In this document: positions 38,583 through 47,913 of the stretch, piece after piece | Position numbering within the stretch: position 1 is the stretch's first letter | How the letters are laid out: each line of letters opens with the position of its first letter | From: an uncultured delta proteobacterium | Lineage (GTDB): Bacteria > Myxococcota_A > Polyangia > Polyangiales > JAFGIB01 | Reading direction: 5' to 3' | Assembly (NCBI GenBank): GCA_963778655.1 | Contig: CAVZVA010000005.1 | Location: forward strand, 448,001-512,000 | Length of the DNA: 64,000 nt | Notes under the pieces: model-generated | The model's input: the letters and a program-made list of their open reading frames with translations, nothing else | What the model was told of the DNA's origin: nothing | The model's database searches: none | Program-made: the position numbers and the translations under genes

Positions 38583-39815
38583 TCAGGAACGTCCGAGCCA
38601 GCCGCGGCGGCGGAAGTACCACAGCAGCGAGCTGGTCAGCGTCACGCACAGGCCCCAGAAGACGGCGTAGCCGTAACGCCACTGCAGCTCGGGCAGCACG
38701 CGGAAGTTCATTCCGTATACGCCGGCCAGGAAGGTGATCGGAATGAAGATCGTGGCCATCACCGTGAGCACTTGCATCGACTCGTTGGTGCGCTGGGTGG
38801 CCATCGACAGGTGCAGGTCGGTCAAGCTCGAGGCCACGTCGCGGAAGGTGTCCAGCATGTCGATCAGCTGCGTGCAGTGGTCGCGCACGTCGGAGAGATA
38901 GGCGCGCACCGCGGCGCCTATCGCGTGCTGCTCCTTGTGCGCCAGCTCGGTCACGAGCTCGCGCGTGGGCCACAACACACGGCGCAGCACCGCCAGCTCA
39001 CGCTTGATGCCGTGGATCTGCGACAGCAGCTCCGATCCACGCACGCTCATGATCTCCTCCTCGAGACGCTCGAGGTACTCGGCATAGGCGTCCAGGATCG
39101 GGAAACCGTGGTCGACGATGGTGTCGAGCAGCGTGTAGGCCAGAAACGACGCGTCGCCGGAGCGGATCGGCGAGCCCTGACGTGCGAGGCGCGCCAGCAG
39201 CGGCTGCCAGGCGTGGGTCGGCCGCTCTTGAAAGCTGACCAGCAGATCGTGGCGCAGAAAGAAGCTCACCTGCTGGGAGACCAGGCCCTCGTTCTCGCGC
39301 GTGAGCAGCTGAGCGACCACGAACAGGTGGTCGGGGTAGGGCTCGGCGCGCGGGCGCTGCGGCACGTGCACCACGTCCTCCGCGGCCAGCGTATGAAAGC
39401 CGAACTCTTCGCGCAGCGCATTGACGACGTACGGGTGCAGTCCCTCCACGCGCAGCCAGCGCACGCGCGACCACTCGGGGCGCGGATGCGCGATCAGAGC
39501 CCGGACGTCGGGCAACTCGATGGACCCGCTCTGGTCGGCGCCGTAGTCGCAGCAGACCAGCTTGACCTCGCCGGGGTCGGGCTCGACATGGACGTCCGGC
39601 GCATGCTCGATACCCGCGGCCGTGCCCGGCAGCATGGTTTGGCGCTGGCCGCGGTCCTTGCTGACCAGCAAGCGCGGAAGTCGAAACGCCGCGCCGATCA
39701 GGTGCGTCAGCCCGCCGACCGACCCCACGGCAAAGCCGACCGCGCCATCAATCGCGCCGCCGAGCGCGCCGCCGACGCGCCGGCCCAGACCGTCTTCACT
39801 CTTGTCGTTGCTCAT
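38583..39815 (-). CDS. corA: Magnesium/cobalt transporter CorA
   Basis: EDVVHVPQRPRAE, TNESMQVLT, FIPITFLAGVYGMNF, PELQWRYGY. RBS GGAGGT. Confidence 0.95.
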   Translation of the reverse strand: MSNDKSEDGLGRRVGGALGGAIDGAVGFAVGSVGGLTHLIGAAFRLPRLLVSKDRGQRQTMLPGTAAGIEHAPDVHVEPDPGEVKLVCCDYGADQSGSIELPDVRALIAHPRPEWSRVRWLRVEGLHPYVVNALREEFGFHTLAAEDVVHVPQRPRAEPYPDHLFVVAQLLTRENEGLVSQQVSFFLRHDLLVSFQERPTHAWQPLLARLARQGSPIRSGDASFLAYTLLDTIVDHGFPILDAYAEYLERLEEEIMSVRGSELLSQIHGIKRELAVLRRVLWPTRELVTELAHKEQHAIGAAVRAYLSDVRDHCTQLIDMLDTFRDVASSLTDLHLSMATQRTNESMQVLTVMATIFIPITFLAGVYGMNFRVLPELQWRYGYAVFWGLCVTLTSSLLWYFRRRGWLGRS

Positions 39816-40010
39816 CTCACCTCCCCGCCCGCGGGACCGCGAGCTCTCGTCCGCCCGCAGTATACGGCGGCAAAGCCGGGCCCGTGATTTCGGGGGTTGG
39901 GCGAAGCGCGTCGCGCGCGTGATGGGCGCCTCGAGCCGGTTGCGTCCGCGTTCAATCTGTGATGGACGGGTAGGGCAGTGACCGTGCGGGACGGCGCGGG
40001 CGAGGTGGCC

Positions 40011-41684
40011 ATGAGAAAGCGATGGGGTCTGCGGCTGTGCGCCGCGGTTGCGATCGGGTGTGCGTGGGCGTGCGGCGCCGACGACGGGAGCGGCAATCTG
40101 AACGGCGCCGGGTTGCCGACGGCGACCATGGCCGGCTCCGGTGGAGCCCTTGGCGGTGCCGCGGCCGCGAGCGCGCAAGCGCCGGCGCTGGGCGGCACCG
40201 GCGGCACCGGCGGCGTCGGCACTGGCACCGGCGGCGCAGCAGCGGCGAGCATGGGCACGGGAGGCGGCGGCGCTGCGGGCATGGCCGGCAGCCCGTCCGC
40301 TGCGGGCGGCGGTGGGGCGAGCTCGCCGGCTGATCTTTCAGGCGTGACGCTGGAAGCGATCGGCGCCAACGGCACGATCGGGCTCGACTGGACGCGCATC
40401 GACGGTGCGACCGGCTACCGCGTGTACTGGTCGAAGACGGCGGGCGTCACACCGGCCAACGGCCAGGCCATCGACGTCGCTGATCCGAGCTACGTGCACC
40501 GCGCGCTCGACAACGGCAGCCCGTACTACTACGTGGTCACGGCGCTCAGCGGCGGGGTGGAAGGCCCGCCCTCCCCGGAGGCGACCGCCACGCCGCACGG
40601 CGAGTGGGTGCTCGAGCAGCTCGGTAGCGGCGATTTCGACGACGTGGTCACCGGCCAGCGCGTGCCGCGCGTGCCGATCGCCGAGCGCGTGCACGTGCTG
40701 TTGTTTGCCGAAGGCTATACCAGCGCGGACTTGGCGGGATTTCACGATCAGGCCACGCACGCGACCGGCGACAACGACGTCGACCGCTGGCAAGCCGAGG
40801 TATTTGCGATCGAGCCGTACTCGCTGTTCAAGGAGGCGTTCGTGATCTGGTTCCTGCCGCGGGCGTCCGCCGCGCATCTGGGCGAAGGAGAGACCGCGTT
40901 TCACGTGGGCGTGAGCGGCGGCGGCGTGACCGACATCAACTCCGCGGCCGCGCCGATGTTCGACGCCATCGACGGTGCTGGCGATGACGCGTTCGCCTAT
41001 CCGCCTGGCACCTCACAGGCGGCCAACGTGATCGCGGCGTTCCTGCTGCTCGATCCCCAGCGCGGCCGCGCCGGCTTCAGCGGGGTGACCACGTTCGGCA
41101 TGCGCAGCCCCACCACGCCCACGCTGAGCGTGCCGGCGTCGTTCGGAATTGGCCAGGCCCACGAGTTCACGCACGCGTTCTCGCGCGTCTCGGACGAATA
41201 CATCGAGACCAGCAGCAGCGCGCCCGCGCGCACCACGGAGACCACCAACGTGGTGGCCAGCAACCGCTGCGACGATCTGCCCTGGGCGCACCTGCTGGAA
41301 GGCCGCGGGATCAATACCACGCCCGGGCTGGTGGGCGCGTTCGGCACGCCCGAGCTCGGCTACCATCCCGAGCTCAAATGCCTGATGAACGGCACGCACG
41401 ACAATGGAACGGTCTGGTGCCAGCCGAGCGACGACAACTACACCACGCTGACCTTGAGGCCGCAGCGCCTGTGCAACTATTGCCGCGAGCTCACGGCGTT
41501 CCACGTGTTCGAGCGCACCGGGCTGCTCTCCGGCACCGGCGCGTTCGACACCTGGAAGAGCATGTATCGCGGGCCGTTCTACCAGCGCTTCGGCTTTTCG
41601 GTGCCGGCCGGCGCGATTCCCCAGACCCTGCAGTGCAACCGCAACGGCGCCGAGCAAGCGGTGTACGAAGCCTGTATGCCGTGA
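40011..41684 (+). CDS. Lipoprotein with FN3 domain and M64 (IgA-peptidase-like) metallopeptidase domain
   Basis: AWAC lipobox, FN3 (W...GATGYRVYW...YYYVVTA), LFAEGYT, EPYS, HEFTHAFSRVSDEY, CLM...LCNYC. Confidence 0.8.
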   Translation: MRKRWGLRLCAAVAIGCAWACGADDGSGNLNGAGLPTATMAGSGGALGGAAAASAQAPALGGTGGTGGVGTGTGGAAAASMGTGGGGAAGMAGSPSAAGGGGASSPADLSGVTLEAIGANGTIGLDWTRIDGATGYRVYWSKTAGVTPANGQAIDVADPSYVHRALDNGSPYYYVVTALSGGVEGPPSPEATATPHGEWVLEQLGSGDFDDVVTGQRVPRVPIAERVHVLLFAEGYTSADLAGFHDQATHATGDNDVDRWQAEVFAIEPYSLFKEAFVIWFLPRASAAHLGEGETAFHVGVSGGGVTDINSAAAPMFDAIDGAGDDAFAYPPGTSQAANVIAAFLLLDPQRGRAGFSGVTTFGMRSPTTPTLSVPASFGIGQAHEFTHAFSRVSDEYIETSSSAPARTTETTNVVASNRCDDLPWAHLLEGRGINTTPGLVGAFGTPELGYHPELKCLMNGTHDNGTVWCQPSDDNYTTLTLRPQRLCNYCRELTAFHVFERTGLLSGTGAFDTWKSMYRGPFYQRFGFSVPAGAIPQTLQCNRNGAEQAVYEACMP

Positions 41685-41763
41685 CGGACGAGCGGGGTGG
41701 CGCGCGCTGGCCGCCTCCCGACGACCGCGCCGCTGCTCGAGCGCCCGGCCGGCCGGCTACCGG

Positions 41764-42486
41764 CTAGACCGCGCTCTGTCCGGCATCCACGCGCAGCACT
41801 TGGCCGGTGGTGTAGCCGCCGCGCATCAAGTACAGGTAGGCTTCTGCCACCTCGTCGGGCTCGCCGATGCGCTTGAGCGGCAGCCGCTCTCCCATACGCT
41901 TGAAGCGCTCCTCGCGCTGCTCGGCGGGAATGAAGCTCCAGACCCCGGTGCGGATCGCTCCGGGACACACCGCGTTGACGCGGATCGGAGCCAGCTCCAC
42001 CGCCAGGGCGCGGGTGAGGTGCTCGACCGCGCCCGCCATCGCGGAGCTGATCACGGCGCCCTTGCGCGGACGATGCGCGATCATGCCGTCGGTCAGCGTG
42101 ATCGAGCCTCCCTCGCGAATGCGCGCCTTGGCGTGCTTGACCGCGGTGAGCGCGCCCCAGAAGCGCACGCCGAATTGCGAGGCCGCTGCGGCGACGTCGA
42201 GGCTCTCGATTGGGCCGCCGCCGCGCAGCGACCAGTCGCCGGCGGTGAACACCAGGTGATCGAGCGCGGCCACCTGCGCGAAGAATGCCTCGACGCTGGA
42301 CTCGGCCTTCACGTCGACCACGAGCGCCTCGGCCCCGGGCAGCGTGTCCTTGACCGCGCCGACTTTGTCCGCGCTGCTCGAGCCGACGACCACCCCCGCG
42401 CCGCCGGCCATCGCCGCCTGCGCCACGGCCAGTCCGATGCCCGAGGTACCTCCGATGACCACCACGCGCTTTCCTTGCAAGCTCAC
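41764..42486 (-). CDS. Short-chain dehydrogenase/reductase
   Basis: RBS AAGGAGG before GTG. GGTSGIG, LDHLVFTAG, IRVNAVCPG, TGQVLRVDAG. Confidence 0.92.
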   Translation of the reverse strand: MSLQGKRVVVIGGTSGIGLAVAQAAMAGGAGVVVGSSSADKVGAVKDTLPGAEALVVDVKAESSVEAFFAQVAALDHLVFTAGDWSLRGGGPIESLDVAAAASQFGVRFWGALTAVKHAKARIREGGSITLTDGMIAHRPRKGAVISSAMAGAVEHLTRALAVELAPIRVNAVCPGAIRTGVWSFIPAEQREERFKRMGERLPLKRIGEPDEVAEAYLYLMRGGYTTGQVLRVDAGQSAV

Positions 42487-42587
42487 GCCGCCACCTCCTT
42501 GTCGGCGCTCACGGTACTGCCGGAGAGCCACCGGCACCAGGGCTTCCAGCCCGGTCGCGGCAGCAGAATGGCGGCGGTACCCGGGGC

Positions 42588-44402
42588 TTACGGCCGCTGG
42601 CTGCGGCTCACCACCGTGGGAATCTGCGACTCGGGCACCGCGTCGAGGTCGCGCAGGGCCCCCTCGCGCTCGAGCTCGTCGAGCGCCGGGGTGGCGTGCG
42701 TGTTTGCGAGCGCCGCCGTGCGGGCGGAGAGCTCCGCGGCCGCGGGCCGCCGCGAAGGGTCCTTTAGCAAGCACTGCGCCACCAGCTCGGCCAAGCTCTC
42801 CGGCACAGCGGGCGCGAGCGTCCGCGCGTCGGGTGGGGCGACCGAGATATGCTCGTGGGCGAGACCACGCGCGGTCGCGCTGTCTTCGAAAGGGTACCTG
42901 CCGGTGAGCAGCTGGAACAACAGCACGCCGACCGCGTACACGTCGACCCGGTCGGTCGTGTCGCGGCTGGCCGTGACCTGCTCCGGCGCCATGTATGCAG
43001 GCGTTCCGAGAATCGTGCCGGTGTGGGTGCGGCCGGCGTCGACCGCGACGTCCTCGTACAGCTTCGAAATTCCGAAGTCGAACAGCTTTAGCCCCGGGTG
43101 CGAGGCGGTCAGCATCAAGTTACCGGGCTTGACGTCGCGATGGACGATGCCGATCGCGTGCGCGGCCGCCAGCGCATCGAACAGCGTTCCCGCCAGCCGC
43201 GCCACCACGCACGGATCCCAGCGCGAACCCCGTCGCAGGCGGCTTTCGAGCACCTCGCCGTCGACCAGCTCCTGGACCTGGAACAGCGTGCCGTCCTCGG
43301 AGACGTCGATGTGGAGCATGCGCACGATTGCCGGGTGCGTGACCGAGGCCACGGCTCTGGCCTCGCGCAGGAAGCGCTGCACGGCGTCGAGCTGCGACGA
43401 GCGCGCCTGGACCACCTTGATGGCGACACGCGCGCCGGTAGTTCGGTCGACGCCCGCATACACGATGCCCATGCCGCCCTCGCCGAGCACGCGGCCGACC
43501 TCGAAACGGCCGCCGAGCAGGGTGCCCCGCAGCAGCTTGCCTTCGCCGGTCTGCTGCCGCGCCAGCCTCGCCAGCGCCCGGGCCAGCTCGGTCGAGCGCT
43601 CGCGTACCTGCGCCTGCAGCTGGGCGTTGAGCCGGTCGACTTCTCCGGCGCGGGCGACGATCTCGGCCACTTGCTCGGCAACGCGGCGCTCCAGGCTCTG
43701 GTTGAGCTGTGCCAGCGCATGGCGCTGTTCCTCGATCGTCACGTTCTGAACGAATGCGCGGCGTCGCGAGGCATGCAGCAGCCAAATCAGGGTGATGCTA
43801 ACGGCCACGGTCGAGATACCGTTGGGCAGAATCGCCAGCCGCGCGTTGGTCGAGGCCTGCAGCGTGACGATAGCGACCACGAAGCTCGTGAGGCCGACGC
43901 CGTAGGACAACAGCGCCGCGCGCGGCGTGAGCGCCAGGGTGACGGCCAGCACCACGCAGTACGCCATGAACGGCGTGATCGCGGTGACCACGAGCTGATC
44001 GATGCCGGCGACCACGGCGCCGTGCACCAAGTACAGTGTCGCGGCCGCGGGCCCGAGCCAAGCACCGGCCGGCTTGCGTCGCGTCAGGTACATCGCAGTG
44101 CCGAGCACCACCAGCAGCACCAGGGTCGCGAAATGGGCAAACGCGATGCCGTCGCGCCATTGCTCGATGCGCGGGCGCAGCGCCGCGCGCTCGGCGCTCG
44201 AGGTGTGAAACACCCAGATGTGGACCACGTGGCCGACGAGCACCAATGGAAACAGGACCGTCAGCCGGCGCCGTGTGGTCTCGTGCAGCTCGTGCTCGAA
44301 GCGCAGCGAGAGCTCAGGCTCGAGCGGCGGACCGACCAACGCGCGCAGCCTGGCTCGCAGTAAGCCCCCAGGCGCGTCGGTGTCGGGCGAGGCCGGCGAC
44401 AT
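42588..44402 (-). CDS. Membrane-anchored Ser/Thr protein kinase
   Basis: Several N-terminal TM helices and a coiled coil. LGEGGMG, VAIK, HRDVKPGN, DFG, GTPAYMAPE, DVYAVG. Confidence 0.93.
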   Translation of the reverse strand: MSPASPDTDAPGGLLRARLRALVGPPLEPELSLRFEHELHETTRRRLTVLFPLVLVGHVVHIWVFHTSSAERAALRPRIEQWRDGIAFAHFATLVLLVVLGTAMYLTRRKPAGAWLGPAAATLYLVHGAVVAGIDQLVVTAITPFMAYCVVLAVTLALTPRAALLSYGVGLTSFVVAIVTLQASTNARLAILPNGISTVAVSITLIWLLHASRRRAFVQNVTIEEQRHALAQLNQSLERRVAEQVAEIVARAGEVDRLNAQLQAQVRERSTELARALARLARQQTGEGKLLRGTLLGGRFEVGRVLGEGGMGIVYAGVDRTTGARVAIKVVQARSSQLDAVQRFLREARAVASVTHPAIVRMLHIDVSEDGTLFQVQELVDGEVLESRLRRGSRWDPCVVARLAGTLFDALAAAHAIGIVHRDVKPGNLMLTASHPGLKLFDFGISKLYEDVAVDAGRTHTGTILGTPAYMAPEQVTASRDTTDRVDVYAVGVLLFQLLTGRYPFEDSATARGLAHEHISVAPPDARTLAPAVPESLAELVAQCLLKDPSRRPAAAELSARTAALANTHATPALDELEREGALRDLDAVPESQIPTVVSRSQRP

Positions 44403-44602
44403 AGTGAGAACCGATCGTATCGTACCCGGGGCTCGAACGCGCGGGGCGGCGCACTGGCTTGGGCTGCGAATCGCCCGGGTGCAGGTCGATGGTGCGGGCG
44501 TGTGCCCTGGCCTTTGACCCTTAACGCGCCGGCTGGCGCACAAAGCCAGCACGGCCCGAGCCCGGGCGGATCGGCCGGCCACGAGACGAGGAGTCAACCG
44601 CG

Positions 44603-46414
44603 GTGCATACCAGGCGCTTTCAGGGGTTGTTGCAGTCGCTCGGCATGACCTGGGTGCTCGCGCACGCGGTGGCTTGCGGAGCTGGAGCGGCCGGCGCGGG
44701 AGATGGCGCGCAGTCGACCTGCGAAGGCGGGCTGGCCTCGTGTGATGGCCTGTGCGTCGATGCTCGCAGCAGCGCGCTGCACTGCGGCGGGTGCGGCAAT
44801 GCGTGCGGCCCCGGTTTGGTCTGCTCGCTGGGCAACTGCACCAGCACCTGCGCGCCGGGGTTGCGGCAGTGCGGAAGCGAGTGCGTCGACACCAACACCT
44901 CGTCGGCCAATTGCGGCGGCTGCAACCTGGCGTGCGGCGGAAGCTGCGTGGCGGGCAGCTGCAGCGCCGGCGCGGGCGGGCCGGGCAGCGCGAACGCGGG
45001 CAATTCCGGTGGCGCCAACGGCCAGGGCGCGCAGAGCGGAGGCTCGGGTGCAGGTGGCACGTCGGACCAGGGCGGCGGCTCCGGCAATGGCGGCAACGGC
45101 GGCAGCACGGGCGGCGCGGCCGACGCGGGGACCCAGCCTGCGGGCGCGTACGGGGGCTACATCACCAGCGGCGACTGGCACGGCTTCGCCTGGACCGCGA
45201 CTTCGATGAACGGGGGCACCATCACGCCCGACAACTTCGGGGCGAGCTTCGACTTTCCGCTGTGCGCCAGCGGCAGCGTGAATATGGGGGACAGCAACGT
45301 GGCGATGGTGGGCTGGAACCTCAATCAGACCACGGTCGACGGCGATCCCGCCCTGATGGTGAGCCCGAAGCTCAAGGGCATCACCGTGGAGATCACCAAC
45401 AAGGGCGGCTCCGAGCTGCGCTTGCAGCTGCAAGGCCCCAATGGCGCGACCGACGCCAACGACCGCTGGTGTGCGATCATTCCCGGCACCGGTGGTTTCA
45501 TCCCGTATGACGCCTTCAACACCGAGTGCTGGGCCGGGGGCAACGGCACGGCCTACTCCGGCCAACCGATTGTGGCCGCGATCGTGCTGGTTCCGGGCAC
45601 GCCCTCGAGCGCGGTCTCGTTCGATTTCTGCGTCACCAAGCTGGCCGAGACCGACGAGAACGGCGTCGCGCCCAGCACGGGCTGCAGCCTGAGCACGGGC
45701 AGCGGGGAGGGCAGCGGCACCATCAGCGGAAGCGACACCCGCGCGGTGACCCGCGACGGCCACCAGTACGTGGTCCAGAACAACGTGTGGAACGGCAACG
45801 GCGCGAATCAGTCCCTGAGCGTGTCCGGTGTTTCGTTCACAGTCACCCAACAGGGCAACAGCCAGTCGACCGGCGGCCCGCCCACCGGGTTCCCGTCGGT
45901 CTTCACCGGCTCGAACTTCGGGCACGCGACCTCGGGCAGCGGGCTGCCCAAGCAGGTGAGCTCGCTGACGGGCGTGCCCACGGGTTGGAAGTGGTCCGGC
46001 TCGACCGGAACGCACAATGCCGCGTACGACGTCTGGTTCAGCACCAACCCGGGCGGCGACTCGGGCAATCCCTCCGGCGGGTACCTGATGGTCTGGTTCT
46101 ACCGCAGCGACGCCAGCAACGTGGTGCCGCTGGGCAGCCCGCAGGGAACTGCCAGCATCGGAGGCAAGAGTTGGCAGGTCTGGATCTGCAGCGGGAGCTG
46201 CCAGAACGGCGTGCCGGTGATCTCGTATACGCCGGCGACGCAGAGCGACATGATCACCGAGTGGACCTTCGACCTCAACGACTTCATCCAGCACGCGGTC
46301 AGCCAGAACGTGATCCAGAACAGCTGGTACCTGACGAACATCTTCGCGGGCTTCGAGATCTGGAACGGCGGCGTCGGGCTCAAGACCGAGAACTTCTGCG
46401 CGATCGTGAACTGA
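44603..46414 (+). CDS. Lipoprotein: Cys-rich repeats, Gly linker, putative carbohydrate-binding domain, GH12-like domain
   Basis: AVAC lipobox, CVD....xHCGGCGNAC repeats, GH12 motifs VQNNVWN, NAAYDVWF, LMVW, FDLNDF, YL..IFAGFEIW. Confidence 0.85.
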   Translation: MHTRRFQGLLQSLGMTWVLAHAVACGAGAAGAGDGAQSTCEGGLASCDGLCVDARSSALHCGGCGNACGPGLVCSLGNCTSTCAPGLRQCGSECVDTNTSSANCGGCNLACGGSCVAGSCSAGAGGPGSANAGNSGGANGQGAQSGGSGAGGTSDQGGGSGNGGNGGSTGGAADAGTQPAGAYGGYITSGDWHGFAWTATSMNGGTITPDNFGASFDFPLCASGSVNMGDSNVAMVGWNLNQTTVDGDPALMVSPKLKGITVEITNKGGSELRLQLQGPNGATDANDRWCAIIPGTGGFIPYDAFNTECWAGGNGTAYSGQPIVAAIVLVPGTPSSAVSFDFCVTKLAETDENGVAPSTGCSLSTGSGEGSGTISGSDTRAVTRDGHQYVVQNNVWNGNGANQSLSVSGVSFTVTQQGNSQSTGGPPTGFPSVFTGSNFGHATSGSGLPKQVSSLTGVPTGWKWSGSTGTHNAAYDVWFSTNPGGDSGNPSGGYLMVWFYRSDASNVVPLGSPQGTASIGGKSWQVWICSGSCQNGVPVISYTPATQSDMITEWTFDLNDFIQHAVSQNVIQNSWYLTNIFAGFEIWNGGVGLKTENFCAIVN

Positions 46415-46509
46415 GCAGCGCCTGCGGCGACGGCGACAGCGCCCGCCACAGGTCGTGCCAGTCCTGAGTCGTTCCCGTTCGGGGCGGTCCCCGCAACGCC
46501 GGCTGGGCC

Positions 46510-47799
46510 CTACGCCCAGCGGACGTCGGCGCCGAGGCTCTGCAGATTCTCGACGAAGCGCGGGTGAGCGCGCCTGATCGGATCGGCGTTGTGGATCACG
46601 CTCTCGCCCTCGATGCTCGCGGCCACCATGTAGAGCGCGACCGCGGCGCGGATGATGTAGGGCGCTTCGACCGCAGCTGGGCGCAGCGGCCGGTCGCCGA
46701 ACACGATGATGCGGTGTGGGTCGCTGACCACCACGTGCGCGCCGAACTTGCTCAGCTCCGGGATCCAGGTGAAGCCACCCTCGTAGACCTTGTTCCAGAA
46801 CTGCATCGCGCCCTTGGCGCGCACCGACAGGGCGACCATCAGCGGGAGCAGATCGACCGGAAAGTACGGCCACGGCGCGGCCTCGATCCGCGGCAAGAGG
46901 CTGGCCGTGAGCGGCTCGTGCACTGCCAGGCGCTGCGCGGCCGGCACGCGAGCCTGGCTGCCGTCGTGCTCGATCCGCACACCCAGCTTGGCGAACGCGC
47001 GGTCGAGCAGATCGAAGTGCTCGACGGGCGCGGGCTGCACCGAGACCTCGCCGCCGGTGATCGCGCCGATCGCCAGGAAGGTGGTGATCTCGTGATGGTC
47101 CGGCGACACGCTGGCCTCGGCTCCGCCCAGCGCGTCGACCCCGTGCACGGTCAGCATGCTCGAGCCGACGCCTTCGATCCGCGCGCCCATCGCCTGCAGC
47201 AGCCGGCACAGGTCCTGGACGTGCGGCTCGCTGGCGGCGTTGATGATCACCGAGCTGCCTTCGGCCAGCACCGCCGCCATCACGAAGTTCTCGGTGGTGG
47301 TGACGGACATGTAGTCCTGCCATACGCGCGCGGCGCGGAAGCGGCCGCGCAGCGAAAGCGTGAGCGGCGAGCGCTGCGAGAGCTCCGCGCCCAGGGCGCG
47401 CAGCACCTCGACGTGCGGGTCGATCTCACGAATGCCCAGACTGCAGCCTTGGGTGTCGGATGCGACCACCACGCGCCCGGCACGCCACAGCAACGCCGGC
47501 AGCAGCAGCAGCGACGAGCGCATGCGGTCGGGCAGCGGCGGCGCCTCCTGCAGCTTGCCGATGCTCGCGTGGCATACACGCATGGTCTGGCGCGCGGTGT
47601 CCCACTGGATGTCGGAGCCGAGCTCGCGCAGGTACGCGACCAGCCGGCGCAAGTCCGTGATGTCCGGTACGTTGCGCAACAGCACCGGCTCGTCGCTCAG
47701 CAGCGTCGCGCACAACATCGGCATCGCGGCGTTCTTGTTGCCCGATACCCGCACGCAGCCCGACAGCGGTCGGCCGCCCCGAAGCAGAAGATCGGCCAT
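46510..47799 (-). CDS. murA: UDP-GlcNAc enolpyruvyl transferase family protein (divergent MurA-like)
   Basis: SGNKNA, NVPDITD, MRSS, GCSLGIREIDPH, SVTTTEN, NAASEPHVQDL, PYFPVDL. Some C-terminal motifs diverge. Confidence 0.8.
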   Translation of the reverse strand: MADLLLRGGRPLSGCVRVSGNKNAAMPMLCATLLSDEPVLLRNVPDITDLRRLVAYLRELGSDIQWDTARQTMRVCHASIGKLQEAPPLPDRMRSSLLLLPALLWRAGRVVVASDTQGCSLGIREIDPHVEVLRALGAELSQRSPLTLSLRGRFRAARVWQDYMSVTTTENFVMAAVLAEGSSVIINAASEPHVQDLCRLLQAMGARIEGVGSSMLTVHGVDALGGAEASVSPDHHEITTFLAIGAITGGEVSVQPAPVEHFDLLDRAFAKLGVRIEHDGSQARVPAAQRLAVHEPLTASLLPRIEAAPWPYFPVDLLPLMVALSVRAKGAMQFWNKVYEGGFTWIPELSKFGAHVVVSDPHRIIVFGDRPLRPAAVEAPYIIRAAVALYMVAASIEGESVIHNADPIRRAHPRFVENLQSLGADVRWA

Positions 47800-47913
47800 G
47801 CCGTACAGTGGTCGCACGGCGCGGCGCGACTGTCCAATCTGCACCGGCTGGACCCGGGGGAGGGTGGTTGGATCGGCGCTTCCCCGCGTGGGCCGCAACC
47901 CCGCGCCGGGCGC

